Shown here piece by piece: positions 44,714 through 56,497 of a DNA stretch of 64,000 nt. The notes below the pieces were generated by a model. It was not told the DNA's origin. It did no database searches and worked only from the letters and a program-made list of their open reading frames with translations. Both the position numbers and the translations under genes were made by a program. Source of the DNA: Utricularia gibba (lineage: Eukaryota; Plantae; Magnoliophyta); contig NEEC01000004.1 of the NCBI GenBank assembly GCA_002189035.1, positions 124,001-188,000 on the forward strand, written 5' to 3'. How positions within the stretch are numbered: position 1 is the stretch's first letter; each line of letters starts with the position of its first letter.

Positions 44714-44990
44714 GGGCTTGTTTGATATCCATGTAAAAGTCTTGATTACCTTGGATTTAACAAAAAAAATATGTGTTTGATTAGAAAAATAAAATAAACA
44801 CACTTGATTTTCTAAACCCTAGTTAAATACATATAGATGGATTTATGAAAACCCAACTCCTATGTGGGTTTAGGATTTCATGACTTTATTATTTTAAATT
44901 CACTACTTTTTATATAAGTAATAGGAAAATAAAAAGGATTTATTAAAGTTAATATTGTAATTTGTGTTTAATAACTATAAACCAAACACA
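44714..44990. mobile_element. Possible degenerate Tourist/PIF-Harbinger MITE remnant
   Basis: TIR-like GGGCTTGTTTGAT (44714) and ATGTGTTTGATT (44771) against AACCAAACAC (44980-44989), with an AT-rich interior. No clean TSD at both ends. Confidence 0.3.
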
Positions 44991-45154
44991 ATTTTTATCT
45001 TAGAAAAATGTCACTTTTGGAAAGGAATCGCCGCCCATTTGGATGGTTCGTGTTTTCGACACTCGAATCACGTGATGAGTTCCGGTTTCGTCAGCACTGG
45101 GTCTTGGACTTGATGGTTTAAGATGTCTGAAAGAAATTCAAGTTGGGTGTTGAT

Positions 45155-45441
45155 GGGGTAAGTGCGGGGGAGAGTGCAGTGTAATACAAAGCCTCGACAA
45201 AAGAGTAAATATTGTAAGAAAAGAGAATTGTTAGAAAAAGAAGAAGGTGACATCCCTTTCAAGAGTTACAATGCGGTGTAGGAAATCCTCGCCATATGTC
45301 TGTCTTCCGTCCCGCAGCACACGACTGTAGATGCGCCCACAGGAATCCAGCCCTCTGCACCTGCCTGCGCTGATGCTCGCCTTCAATTCCCATCCGGATG
45401 TAATCAATTCTCTTTAACTTCACTGCACAGGCACTTACCCC
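45155..45441. repeat. Imperfect inverted repeat (three collinear blocks) enclosing a 44-codon ORF
   Basis: GGGGTAAGTGC 45155/45441, GTGCAGTG 45174/45428 and AAAGAGAATTG 45220/45415 are reverse complements in nested order. Confidence 0.6.
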
Positions 45442-47526
45442 CCACCGCACCTTCTCCTTCTTCCGACCTCTGTGTCTCTGTGTCTCTGTGTCTGTGTGTG
45501 CTTCTTTTTTGTTTTTTTAGTGCAAGGCTTGAAATATATGAACCATTCAAACATGGAAATACTTGGACCAACATGAAGAAAGAGTCAAAATTGTGAAAAT
45601 CCTGGTAAAAACCAAGGATGAGAAACGATATTTTTTTACTGGAAGAGCAAAAAGGAGGTGATGGGTATTGCTGTACGATCAGGACATCATCCCTTTTGAT
45701 CTGATGGGGTTGGGGGCATCCTGTAGAATGTAAATGCTTGTTCCTCTCTGTACTGCTCCAGTGTATTTGTATTGCAGGGTGTGTGCACTCCCCACCATGT
45801 GAAAAGTCAGGATGCCCCTTCATCGGTCTCCATCTACCAACTACTCCCAACTAAATGCACCCCCTCGATTCTATTCCCCGCTACAGCTTCTCCAAGGCTT
45901 TAAAACTCATACTAAGCATGTCGATTCAAGCCCCCAAACACAGTTACCCTAAACCCTAAACTGACACACTTGACCGCCAGTTCACAGAAACGAGCAGGTG
46001 ATTTCAGGATGTCGGGGGCGCTGGTGTTAGTGTTAGAAGACAAGAAAAGCCTAGACATGGAAGCACATGCAGAAACACACAGCCCCATTTGATGAGCACG
46101 TCTCACGCAATGGGAATGGCTGGAAAATGTGTGTGTTCGGTTCTGTGAGGTGGGGTAGAAGATGGAGGACGCAAACAAGACAGGGAACAAATAAAATACA
46201 GGGAGAGAGGGAGAGTCTATGTACGGGACTCGAAGTTGACATGAGATAGAGAGAGGGGCCCGCTCCCTCTCTCACACAAACACACAGTTCATCGAGAAAA
46301 GAGATGGAAATGGAAAAGAGACACAGACAGAAAGGCGCAGGACTGACTTTTTTATTCGCCGCAGTGGAAACAACACAGCAACAGAAGATAGAGAGAGGGA
46401 GAGCAGCAGGGTAAATGATTTTGTAATCGATTACTTTATGATTGAACACTCAGAGGAAACAAGTGAAAAAGCAATCCCAACCTCTGCTGTAGTAGGGTTA
46501 CTAGTTTCACATTCACATTCTTCTTATCTTTTCACCCCCATTTACCCATAAAGTTTGAAAGAACATGAAATGGTGGGTATTATTTCTAAACGCCATTGGA
46601 TCGGGTAGAATTCAGAACCAAACTAAACAAAAAAAAATTCACATTCCACAATGCAGCTACTTAGAGAGAGCCCTTTGGGTTGCCAATCTAACCCTAAAAC
46701 CGATACCTCTTTAGAAACCACCTCACAATTCCAGAGTGAGCTCAAAAGATAGAACTTTGGGATTATCCATGATTCAATCCTCATTGGAATTCGAATTTTA
46801 TTTTCCTAAAAAAGTTGAGAGGAATATGTTTTTTTATAAGATAGATAAACTTGGGGATCTGGTACCTGACCTGGGGGCAGTAATAGAGAGGGTTAAGTAG
46901 CTGACCGTACTGTCTCCTCCGCATTTAAAGCGCGCCATTCTGCACCCTCCTCAGTCTTTACTCACTCCCCGCCAATACCAAACTTAACTTATGGCATCTT
47001 TCTTTTTGCACCAACAGTATCCCTTCCCCCCACCCACGGAGGAGGGTCATATCTATGCTCTGTTGAACTCATTTCGAAGCTCCATTTGCCCATAAGAAGA
47101 TGCACGTGGAGGAGCATGAGACTCCAAGAGTTACACTTGTCGGTGTAAAAAACTCTAAACCCTAACCTCGTTGAATCTGAAAACAAATGGTCTGAGAGTA
47201 CAACGTTGTCGAATCATAAAGTCTAATGTTCATCGCCTAAGTCATCAACAGGTTAACTCCAATTCATTTGAACCATAAAAGGCCAGGCCCGGAAGGGAGT
47301 CATTTTGGGTCAAAGTGGCACAAGGCCCATATATTCGGGATGCGGATTGGCCCACGTAAGCCCAAATCCAAACAAGCTGCACCCTCGTTGTCTTCTTCGG
47401 TTTGACGGTGGGTAAAGATTCTTCATCATATTTCAGAATGATCATCAAATGAAAATTTCTATGTTATTACAGTAGAATGTTACATGAAATTTACAGAGCG
47501 AGCCCAAGAGTTTCGAGCTTTGCTCT

Positions 47527-50500
47527 TCAATGCTCATCCCTGACCAAGTACACTTTTTGTCCATCTAAAATCATGTCGGCATCTAAAATCCTACCTCCAT
47601 CTTCAGACAATATACAGTACCCTACTCCACCTTGCATTTGCATCTCCTTTGAGGCTTCACTGATCATTTCTTGGATGGTCGGAGGAACCCAGATTACGAC
47701 GCCGATTCGTCTCTTGCCTTCCGCGTCCCATGGATGAAATGGAAACACCGTGCATTTCTTCTTCCCTTCTACTTTCTCCTCTGTAACTGATAACTGTGAT
47801 ATCTGAACCTTCCTCGCCTCTTCCAGTAGCTTAATCATGTTCCCGTTTCCAGATTTGTGGCCTTCTTCAAGTGGAGTATTACCCCATCTGTTTAATATTG
47901 TTGATTTTCAGTCGCAGATTTTACCTTTTTTTTTTTTAAGGAAAGGAAGTTGACGAAGACTTCACCTATCTTTAGAGAAAACGCTGGCACCTGCTTCAAC
48001 AAGCACCTTTGCTATCAAATGCATTCCATGAGAGGCAGCGATATGAAGTGGGGTTCGATTATCATAATCCTCTGAGTTGGGATCTACACCGTTTGCCAGC
48101 ATCCTCTTAAGCAAATCAGCGTCGCTTTGCGCTACAACTGAGCACAGATAGCTCCCTGCATTCTCAATCTTCAACAAAGCCCCTTGTTTTGAAAGTATAC
48201 TTGCAACTTTATCGTGCCCATTCTTGATCGCTTCTAGCAGAGGCGTGTTGCCAAAATTATCTGTTCATTTCAAAGAAGAACCAAACTTCAGGGTTTGTTG
48301 AGGGTGGCAAGTGAATGAAAAGGAGTTTCCACCTTCAGCGTTGAAGTCCACTCCTTCTTGTACGAGGAAAAGGGTAATAGCTTCATATCCCGTGATGCAG
48401 CCATGTGCTACAAGAAAAGTAGATCAAGTGATGAATTAGTTTTTTGAAGTTGCAGAAGTGGGCATATCTGTAACTAGCACTACCAAAGGTGTTCTTCCAT
48501 CATAATCCTTGTTGTTGGGATCTGCCCCGGCACGTATTAGTCTTTTTAGTTTATCGAGATCACCACAATAAGCCGTGTTGTTGACTTTCAGAGCCAACTC
48601 AGCCTCTTGTTTTCCAATGTGGAATGTGATATCAGACTCCAACTGCTTCACGCGAAGATTGGATTCTTTTTCCTGTACATTATGCAAAAGTAACTTGGTC
48701 ATGATCAAGTAGAACGTGTAGATCCATCATCTGCTGCTTGTTACTTTACCTCCAACAAGTTGGTGAGAACTCTCCGGCCGTCGTGAAAGTAGACCTCGAG
48801 AATGTTGGAGAAAGACATCTTATCGATCCGTAGGAGGCGACATAGTTCGCAAACACGAACTGTGTATGGCTGTGGAATGTTGCAAAGGATTGAGATCTCT
48901 CCAAATATGCTGCATGGTTCTAAGAGAGAGACTGTCTCTTCTGATCCATCTGTACCAGTTCCGACCTCCTCCTGGAAAGATTGACGACTTAAGCATGGAG
49001 GAATAGCACACGAAGAAGTTGAGAGCATGTCCCTTGACGTTACTAACCACAACTCCATGGCAAACTATGTATAGTTGCTCCACAGCATTTCCTTGTTCTA
49101 CTATCAGCTCCCCTGGTAGGAAAAACTCCTCATGCACCCGAGTGACCTGCACAATATTCATCATTATGGGGTGCATATAGATGCCGAGATGCGTGAACGA
49201 AGAGCAGCAGAATCAACTAACAATTTGGTTGATGAACTCAGAGGAGCAGCCTCTGAAGAGAGTAGCATTCTCAACGTATGACTTGTAAAGCGTTCGTGAA
49301 ATCTACAATGCAAATGATAAGGAACATTAGGAATCACAAGAAGTGGTGAAGCCGACAATGAAAGCTACGAATCACCTCTGCGCGAATGGAGATGGGAATA
49401 TCTTGCAGAACCGCAGGATCGGTGTAGTTGCACTCGTATTGTAGACGAAGGTGGCCTTTAATCTGATCACGGAGTTCCCTCCCTAGTCCATTTCTGTTCA
49501 TAAACTTGGTGAGATCTGTCATTCTGTCTCTAAACTTCTCTGTTTTAGACCCTTTCACTATCAAAGCAGTCATGTTTCCTATCAGATATGCACCCAGGAT
49601 CATATCAAATGAAACGAAAATCATCACGAATATCATCTCCCGCACATTAACAGCATGTATGTCTCCATATCCTGCATTTCAAAGTTATGATCAATACCTC
49701 ATTTTCATATTGCAATCAAGATTCATATGTCTAAAGCAACTCACCTACAGTAGCCATGGTGACTATAGCAAAGTACAAAGATGTGATGTACCGTTTCCAT
49801 AGATCAATATCCCTGAAGTTTGCATACGAGTAATCTCCCAGTTTCAAGCTGCCAATCCATGTGTATCCCTCCTTAGCTTGAGGGATCGTGGTAGCCAGAT
49901 AGTAAAAGATGCAAGCAGCCGTGTGTGTGCAATAGAGCTCCACCGCAATAAGCTTAGCTATCCTTGTGAAGAGATAATTGATTCGGATATCTTTCTCCAT
50001 CCTTTGTAGAAAGTTTGTCACTTTTCGAACTCGAGTCAGCCGTATCCATAGCATATATCTGATCTCTTCTTTCCTTCCAAAGTGCTGAAACAGTTGAGGT
50101 TATTCAACAAGCAAAGATCAGTAAGCTTTCGTAAGATTACAATCACTGACATATCAGTTACCTTGTAAATAATATCCCATGGCAGCAAACCGATGAAATC
50201 AGGGATGAAATGGGATCGAAGGTACCTGAATACCAACCAAAGAATTCATGAATCATGGATTGGAAGCTACAATCCTAGCTAAGCCATCTGAAAACGGAGA
50301 TTACCGGAGAGCTATTCTGTTGTGGTTGTAGACCATTTTGTAGGACTGGCTGTCTCTGTAAGTCACAAAAAACTGCAGGATTACGTCGACCAGGAAAGCC
50401 AGTTGAGCCGCATTATCAAGAAAGAAGAGCTTTCGCGGCAGTCCTCTGAAGAAACCAAACTCGAATGGAGTGAAGAAGGAAGAGTAAATCGCCCACAATA

Positions 50501-50871
50501 AGATAAACATATCCCATGCTTTGTACCACCTACAAAGATCATTTCAAGCAACTGGTACACATGGAAACATATTGAAAGAATCCCAAAAGGGTAACTGAAT
50601 AGCTTGCCCATCAGATTTACCAATTTTCGGGGTCGATGAATAAGCCTTGGGAGAAACCTCTAATCCCATTGAGAACCGAAACAGCACTAAACTTCCGGCG
50701 AATCCCCAACTCGTTCTCTATCAACGTGAGTTGGCTACCTCTTGATGATTTCAGCCGCTCTCTTACTTTCTCCACCACGAAATCCTCATTCAGGCCAATT
50801 TCGCCGGAACTCCCATCCTCGTCGTGTCTTCTGTTCACGGGGAACGTCATCGATTTCATGAAAAACCCCAT
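47527..50871 (-). CDS. SKOR: Shaker outward-rectifying K+ channel (SKOR/GORK clade), copy 1, canonical; apparent -1 frameshift at about 48390
   Basis: WYKAW, S4 IRLTRVRKV, MEKDIRINY, pore TMATVGYGDIHAVN, S6 SFDMILGAYLIGNMTALIV, CNBHD, ankyrin repeats, and a complete KHA domain (KKCTVFPFHPW...DGQKVYLV). Confidence 0.95.
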
Positions 50872-51059
50872 TTTATGGAGGCAACTGACCTATGGAGTGT
50901 TAGTTATACGTGATGACACCGGATCGTGGATTCAGGGGAATTGGTGAGGAAACCCGGCGACGATGCTCATCATATTTCGCGGGAAAAATGAAAAAGAAGA
51001 AAACGTTCTCTGTTTTCACGAGGCACTCACTCGCCCGTCACGAGACAGGTTGAAATGTC

Positions 51060-51145
51060 GTCGCCGGCGAAATGCGGTTGTGCGTAGACAGAGGATTCAT
51101 GAAGTAAAAATCAGCACCAACGGCTGCGATTTATATAGACGAGCA
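51060..51145 (-). promoter_or_regulatory. Core promoter of SKOR copy 1, homologous to 56640-56715 upstream of copy 2
   Basis: Both copies share GCGAAATGCGGT...GGATTCAT...AGTAAAA..CAGCACCA...TTATATAGACG, with a TATA box (TCTATATAA) on the minus strand. Confidence 0.6.
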
Positions 51146-53286
51146 GTCTTTGCCAGATATTGCATGTACCACCCCCTCATATTACTCGAAAATACGAAAT
51201 TAACCCCAGATCCAATCTGCCGCTTTTAGCTTTTAGCATGATCGACAATATTTTTTATGTTTTAATCAAGAAAAAAACCGGCGCTTAAAATACCAGAAAT
51301 AACCTTCCACCCTTTTCGCATCTCTGTATTTAGAAATTTAAAATTTATTATAAAAGCCATGGCATTTTATAAGGTATTAGACATATGATCACATGTGGGA
51401 TGGTATTCATATACTCCAAAGCTGATATTAATTATATTGTCAATTGTATAAAAAAAATATTATTATTTATACTTTTCATGAAAATTGTACAAAATATATT
51501 ATTTTATGTTATTTTTCGCAATCGTAAGTGACTCGGCTTGCGAGTGATCTCCCATTCCTAGAACAAAATCTTAGAAAATATCGCACCTAAGGGAGGAAAT
51601 TAAATTTCTGGGTACATTTTTTCTGGGAAAATTAATTAAAGGTGTTTCACTGAATTCAAACCCCGTTGACCAAATTGAAAATTCAAAAAACTGAAACAAA
51701 CGTAGCTAGGAACACGATACTAGGAAGGGGCCCATTACGAGTGACGTGTCCGATTCGTTGACATTTATCCTAAGCGCATCCCGACACGTAAAGGTGAAAA
51801 AAGCAAGTGTCTGAGGTGTCTCCTTTCGGTGTCAGCCACGTCGGCTCAACCGCTTTTGACTTTACAACTCTACCTGCTCCACCCATTGAGGCCCAAGTTT
51901 TGGAAACCGGGGCACCTCAAACCCGGTTCCTTTATGCGTGAATTATCCATCCACCATTTTTTTATTATTTTTTCAATCATTTGCCTTTTTTTATATTATT
52001 GCTTCAAATATTACTATAATGTATAGTATTATATTTATTATACCATGTGTTTTATAATTTCTAAAAAAAATACTATCAAACTTTCTTGGTTCTCATTTCT
52101 CCTAACATTTATATAATACGAAGTTATTACCCACTGCAAATAAGTTGAATAAACGACATGTGATTCCGTATGTTATGTGTGCGTTATGCATAGTATGCGT
52201 AGAATTAGTTCGATATGCTTTGATTGAATGTAAATAGACGGAATTTTTTTCGAAAAAAATGATACACTAAGAATGTCAATGAAAATAAAACTAGCTGTAA
52301 AGATCATCTTATACATCTCACTTTGGACGATTAGAAATCGAAGGAATAAACAAAGGTTTACCATAAACTAGTATACTTTAGTAGAGCTAATAAAAAAAAA
52401 AGTATAATTTATGAGTTACCAATAGATACAATTGCATAAAATTAATGTTTTTAAAAGACTAAGTTGATATGAATAGATAAATAATTCATTACATATTTTA
52501 GAAAATTGTATAGGATAAGTTTTTTCTTAAATTTTGTAATTCTATAAATATGTATCGAGCATTTTATTTAAAAAATTAATGATAAAAAACATAACAGGAA
52601 GTTTTTTAGTTTTATTTCTAGTTTAGTAAGGAATTCTGATTTGGGCGTGCCCCTGCAGGATTTTGTAAGGTACAAGATTCAATGCATGTAGTCTATGGTG
52701 CATGTGTCTCCGTACTTCAAGTACCTGCTTGTTCTTATCAACAAGTCAGCTTCCACGATACTTAGCCTCACGTATCGTGCAAAATGACACTAAAGGCACG
52801 CGAATCTGAATAATATTCACCTATTTACCGTACTTAAAATGTGAATATTCTCAAGGTTGACCTAATCTCATACTAACTGCGATTATTTAACTCCTATTTA
52901 TACACAATTTTCTCATTGTGGATGATATTTAATTAGTTTACATTTCCACCCCTGGTTTTCGGACTCCCGGGATTCGATCAACATCTCCGCCGCATCGGAA
53001 TGTTCCCCGGAAAAGATTCTGGTCAGCTTTTTCAGTTCAGACTTAGAAGTCTTATGCCCCAAATGAGTAAAGAAAAGATGACTACTGATATAATTTGATA
53101 CAAATTAAAGTACACTTTTTTTCTATATAATTATAAAATTAAAAAATATATACTTTATAATTTTGGAAATGGATGCAATGAATTAATTATCCATTTATAT
53201 GTGTTTATGCAATTAACGATGCACAAACTCAAATTTTACAAAGCGGGCTCACGGTTATGAGCTTTTCAACGCTTATCTATGGCCAA

Positions 53287-53445
53287 TCATCCCTTTTGGC
53301 CATCTACCATGATGTCAGCATCTAAAACCCTACCCACATTTTCACACTTTTATGATGTGTACTGACTGTTGCATTTCCATCTTCTTGGAAGCTTCGCTGA
53401 TCATCCCTTGGATGGTTGGAGGAACGCGCATTAGGATGCCGTTTT
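53287..53445 (-). pseudogene. Eroded KHA-domain relic of SKOR copy 2
   Basis: GILMRVPPTIQGMISEASKKMEMQ and ENVGRVLDADIMVDGQK align to the copy 1 KHA but lie in different frames, with an internal 2-nt loss and a 14-nt deletion. Confidence 0.8.
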
Positions 53446-56400
53446 CATGTTTTCTTCAACTTCCTCCTCCATAACTGATGCTTGAACTCTCCTTGCCTCA
53501 TCGAGTAGCTTTATCATGCGGGCGTTTCCTGATCTGTGGCCTTCTTCCAGTGGAGTATTACCCCATCTGTGTAATGTTTTGCATTTTCAGTTTGCAGATC
53601 CTGTTTTATTTCAAGGAAAGGAGGTTGAAGAAGACTTCACCTGTCTTTATTTAAAACACTGGCTCCTGCTTCGACAAGCACCTTGGCGATCGAAAGCATT
53701 CCTTGAGAGGCAGCAACATGAAGTGGGGTTCGACCATCGTAGTCCTCTGAGTTGGGGTCTGCGCCATTTGACACCATCCTTCGTAGCAAATCAACATCGC
53801 TTCGAGCAACCACTGAGCACAGGTAGCTCCCTGCATCTTCAATCTTCAACAAAGCCCCTTGTTTTGAAAGTATACTGGCAACCTTATCGTGCCCATTCTT
53901 GATGGCTTCTAGAAGTGGCGTGTTGCCGAAATTATCTATACAAAAGAACCAGGCTTCATGGCATGTTACACCTTCAGAGCAGAAAGTGAATGAAGCCAAC
54001 TTCCTTCAGTTCTCACCTTCAGCGTTGATGTTCACTCCTTCTTGTAACAGGAAAAGAGTGATTCCTTCATACCCTCGTGCTGCAGCCATATGCTGCACAT
54101 GAATAAAGTGTTAGGGCTCCTTCGACATCTTTATCTTGAAAGGTGGTAAAGAAACAGTGAATGATAGTACCAAAGGTGATCTTCCATCGTAGTCTTTTAT
54201 ATTGGGATCTCCTCCAGACCATATCAGTTTTTTAAGTTGATCAAGATCGCCGTTATGCGCTGCACTATTGACTCTAAAAGCCAGTTCGGCCTCCTGTCTC
54301 CCGAAGTGGGATGTGATATCGAGCTCCCGTTTGTCCTGGTGCAGATTATGCTATTATAGTTCATGATTATGTACTTGGAAAACTGTGCTTGTTGCTGGTA
54401 CCTCCAACAAGTTGGAGAGGACTTTACGGCCGTCGGGAAAGTAGATCTCCATAATGTTGGAGAAGGACATCTTATCGATGCGTAGGAGTCGACATAGTTC
54501 GCAAACACGAACCGTGTATGGCTGTGGAACGTTGCAGAGGACCGAAATTTCCCCGAATACGCAGAATGGTTCCAAGAGAGATACTATCTCTTCCGATCCA
54601 TTTGCTCCCGTCACAACTTCCTCCTGGAAAGATCCACAGCTCAAGAACTGATCAGCGAATGCTGATTCGGGTACAAAACCCGTTAACATTACTCACCAGA
54701 ACTCCATGACAAAGGATATATAGTTGCTCCACAGCGTTGCCTTGTTCTAGTATCACTTCACCTGGGAGGAAGAACTCCTCATGGACCCTTGTGACCTACG
54801 CAAGGTGACAGAATTTGAATGTCCACAGGTTCGAATAACCAGTATTCAGATACCCACCGGAAATACACTTACAATTTGGTTGATGAAGTCAGGGGAGCAG
54901 CCTCTGAAGAGAGGAACATTCTCAACATACGACTTGTACAGCGTACGTGAAATCTACAAGGCCAAAGATAACGAGATTAGAGAATTGATGAAACAGATGA
55001 ATGAAAACTAGGAACCACCTCTCCGCGAATGGAGATGGGCAGATCTTGAAGAACAGCAGGGTTGGTGTAGTTGCTTTCATATTGCAGACGGAGATGGCCT
55101 TTAATCTGCTTACGGAGCTCCCTCCTCAGCCTGTTTCTGTTGATGAACTTGATGATATCTGCAACTTTGTCTCTAAACTTCTCTGTTTTCGACCCTTTCA
55201 CTATCAAAGCAGTCATGTTCCCAACCAGATATGCACCAAGGATCATGTTAAACGAAAGGTAGATCATCGCGAATATCATCTCCCGCACGTTAACCGGATG
55301 CGCGTCTCCATACCCTGCAGTTACAGCACAAGTGGACCATATCATCCAATACTTGCACAAGTCAACTATATCTGCAAAACAACTCACCCACAGTTACCAT
55401 GGAGGCTATAGAGAAGTACAAGGATGTGATGTACCGTGTCCACAGATCGATTTTCCTGAAGTTTGTATATGAGTAGTCCCCCATCTTCAAGCTGCCGATC
55501 CATGTATACCCCTCCTTGTCTGGAGGAGGGTGGTGGCCAGATAGTAGAAGATGCAGGCAGCGGTGTGAGTGCAGTACAGCTCCACCACAATAAGCTTAAC
55601 TATCCTTGTGAATAGATAATTGATCCGAATATTCTTCTCCATCCTCTGCAGAAAGGTTATCAGCCTTCGAGATCGAGTCAGCCGTATCCAGAGCAGATAT
55701 CTGACCGCCTCTTTCCTTCCGAAGCTCTGAGTGAGAGCAAAGATCAGTAAGTTTGTCTTATGATTGCAGTCACGTACAGATCATGTACCTGGTATATAAT
55801 GTCCCAGGGCAGTAAACCAATCACATCTGGGATGAAATAGGATCGGAAGTACCTGAAGAAAGCAGAATAGTAATCGACTCTTCAGGGGGTTTAGTCTAAG
55901 TAAACCAGAGAGGAGTACCGGTGAGCTATTTTGTGGTGGTCATAGACCATTTTGTATGACTGGGAGTCTCTGAAAGTCACAAAAAATTGCAGGACTACGT
56001 CGACCAGGAAGACCAGTTGAGCTGCATTGTCAAGAAAGAAGACCTTCCGAGGCAGTCCTCTGAAGAACCCGAACTCGAATGGAGTGAAGAAGGAAGAGTA
56101 AATCGCCCATAGTAAAACTAACTTATCCCATGCTTTATACCGCCTATAAAAGATCATTTGAAGCAACTCATTCATGGAATGCAATTTCCGAGGACGCAAA
56201 CAAGGGTAGTGAAAAAATTGCAAGCAACGAAAAGTTAGAAATGGTCATGAGAAAATATGCAGCTTACCTGTCATCGGGTTCGATGAAAAAGCCGGTAATA
56301 ACTGGATCTTTACTGAACTTCCGGCGAATCCCTAACTCGTTCTCCATCACCGTGAGTTGGTCGCCTCTTGACGAGTGTATCTCTTCTCTTACTTCCTCCA

Positions 56401-56497
56401 CCACATAATCGTCTTCCCGGCCCCTTTCGCAGGAAATCTCATCGGCACCTTCTCCTCCGTTCACGGGAAACGTCATATTCTTCTTGAAAAACGCCAT
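53431..56497 (-). CDS. SKOR: Shaker K+ channel, SKOR/GORK clade, divergent tandem copy 2 (altered pore/S6, truncated or degenerate KHA); apparent -1 frameshift at about 55525
   Basis: Same exon structure as copy 1 with GT-AG sites intact. Filter TVGYGD, CNBHD and ankyrin repeats are retained. As assembled it stops at TAA 53431-53433. Functional status is not established. Confidence 0.85.

Noticed and set aside
45931-45941. GTGTTTGGGGG match to the miR395 core on the minus strand
   Set aside because: Only 11 of 21 nt match and no complementary star arm is nearby.
52754-52793. 8-bp hairpin (CACGATAC/GTATCGTG) followed 10 nt later by CTAA, resembling a Helitron 3' end between the SKOR copies
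   Set aside because: It is not followed by T and no 5' TC end or Rep/Hel fragment is visible, so it is too weak on its own.
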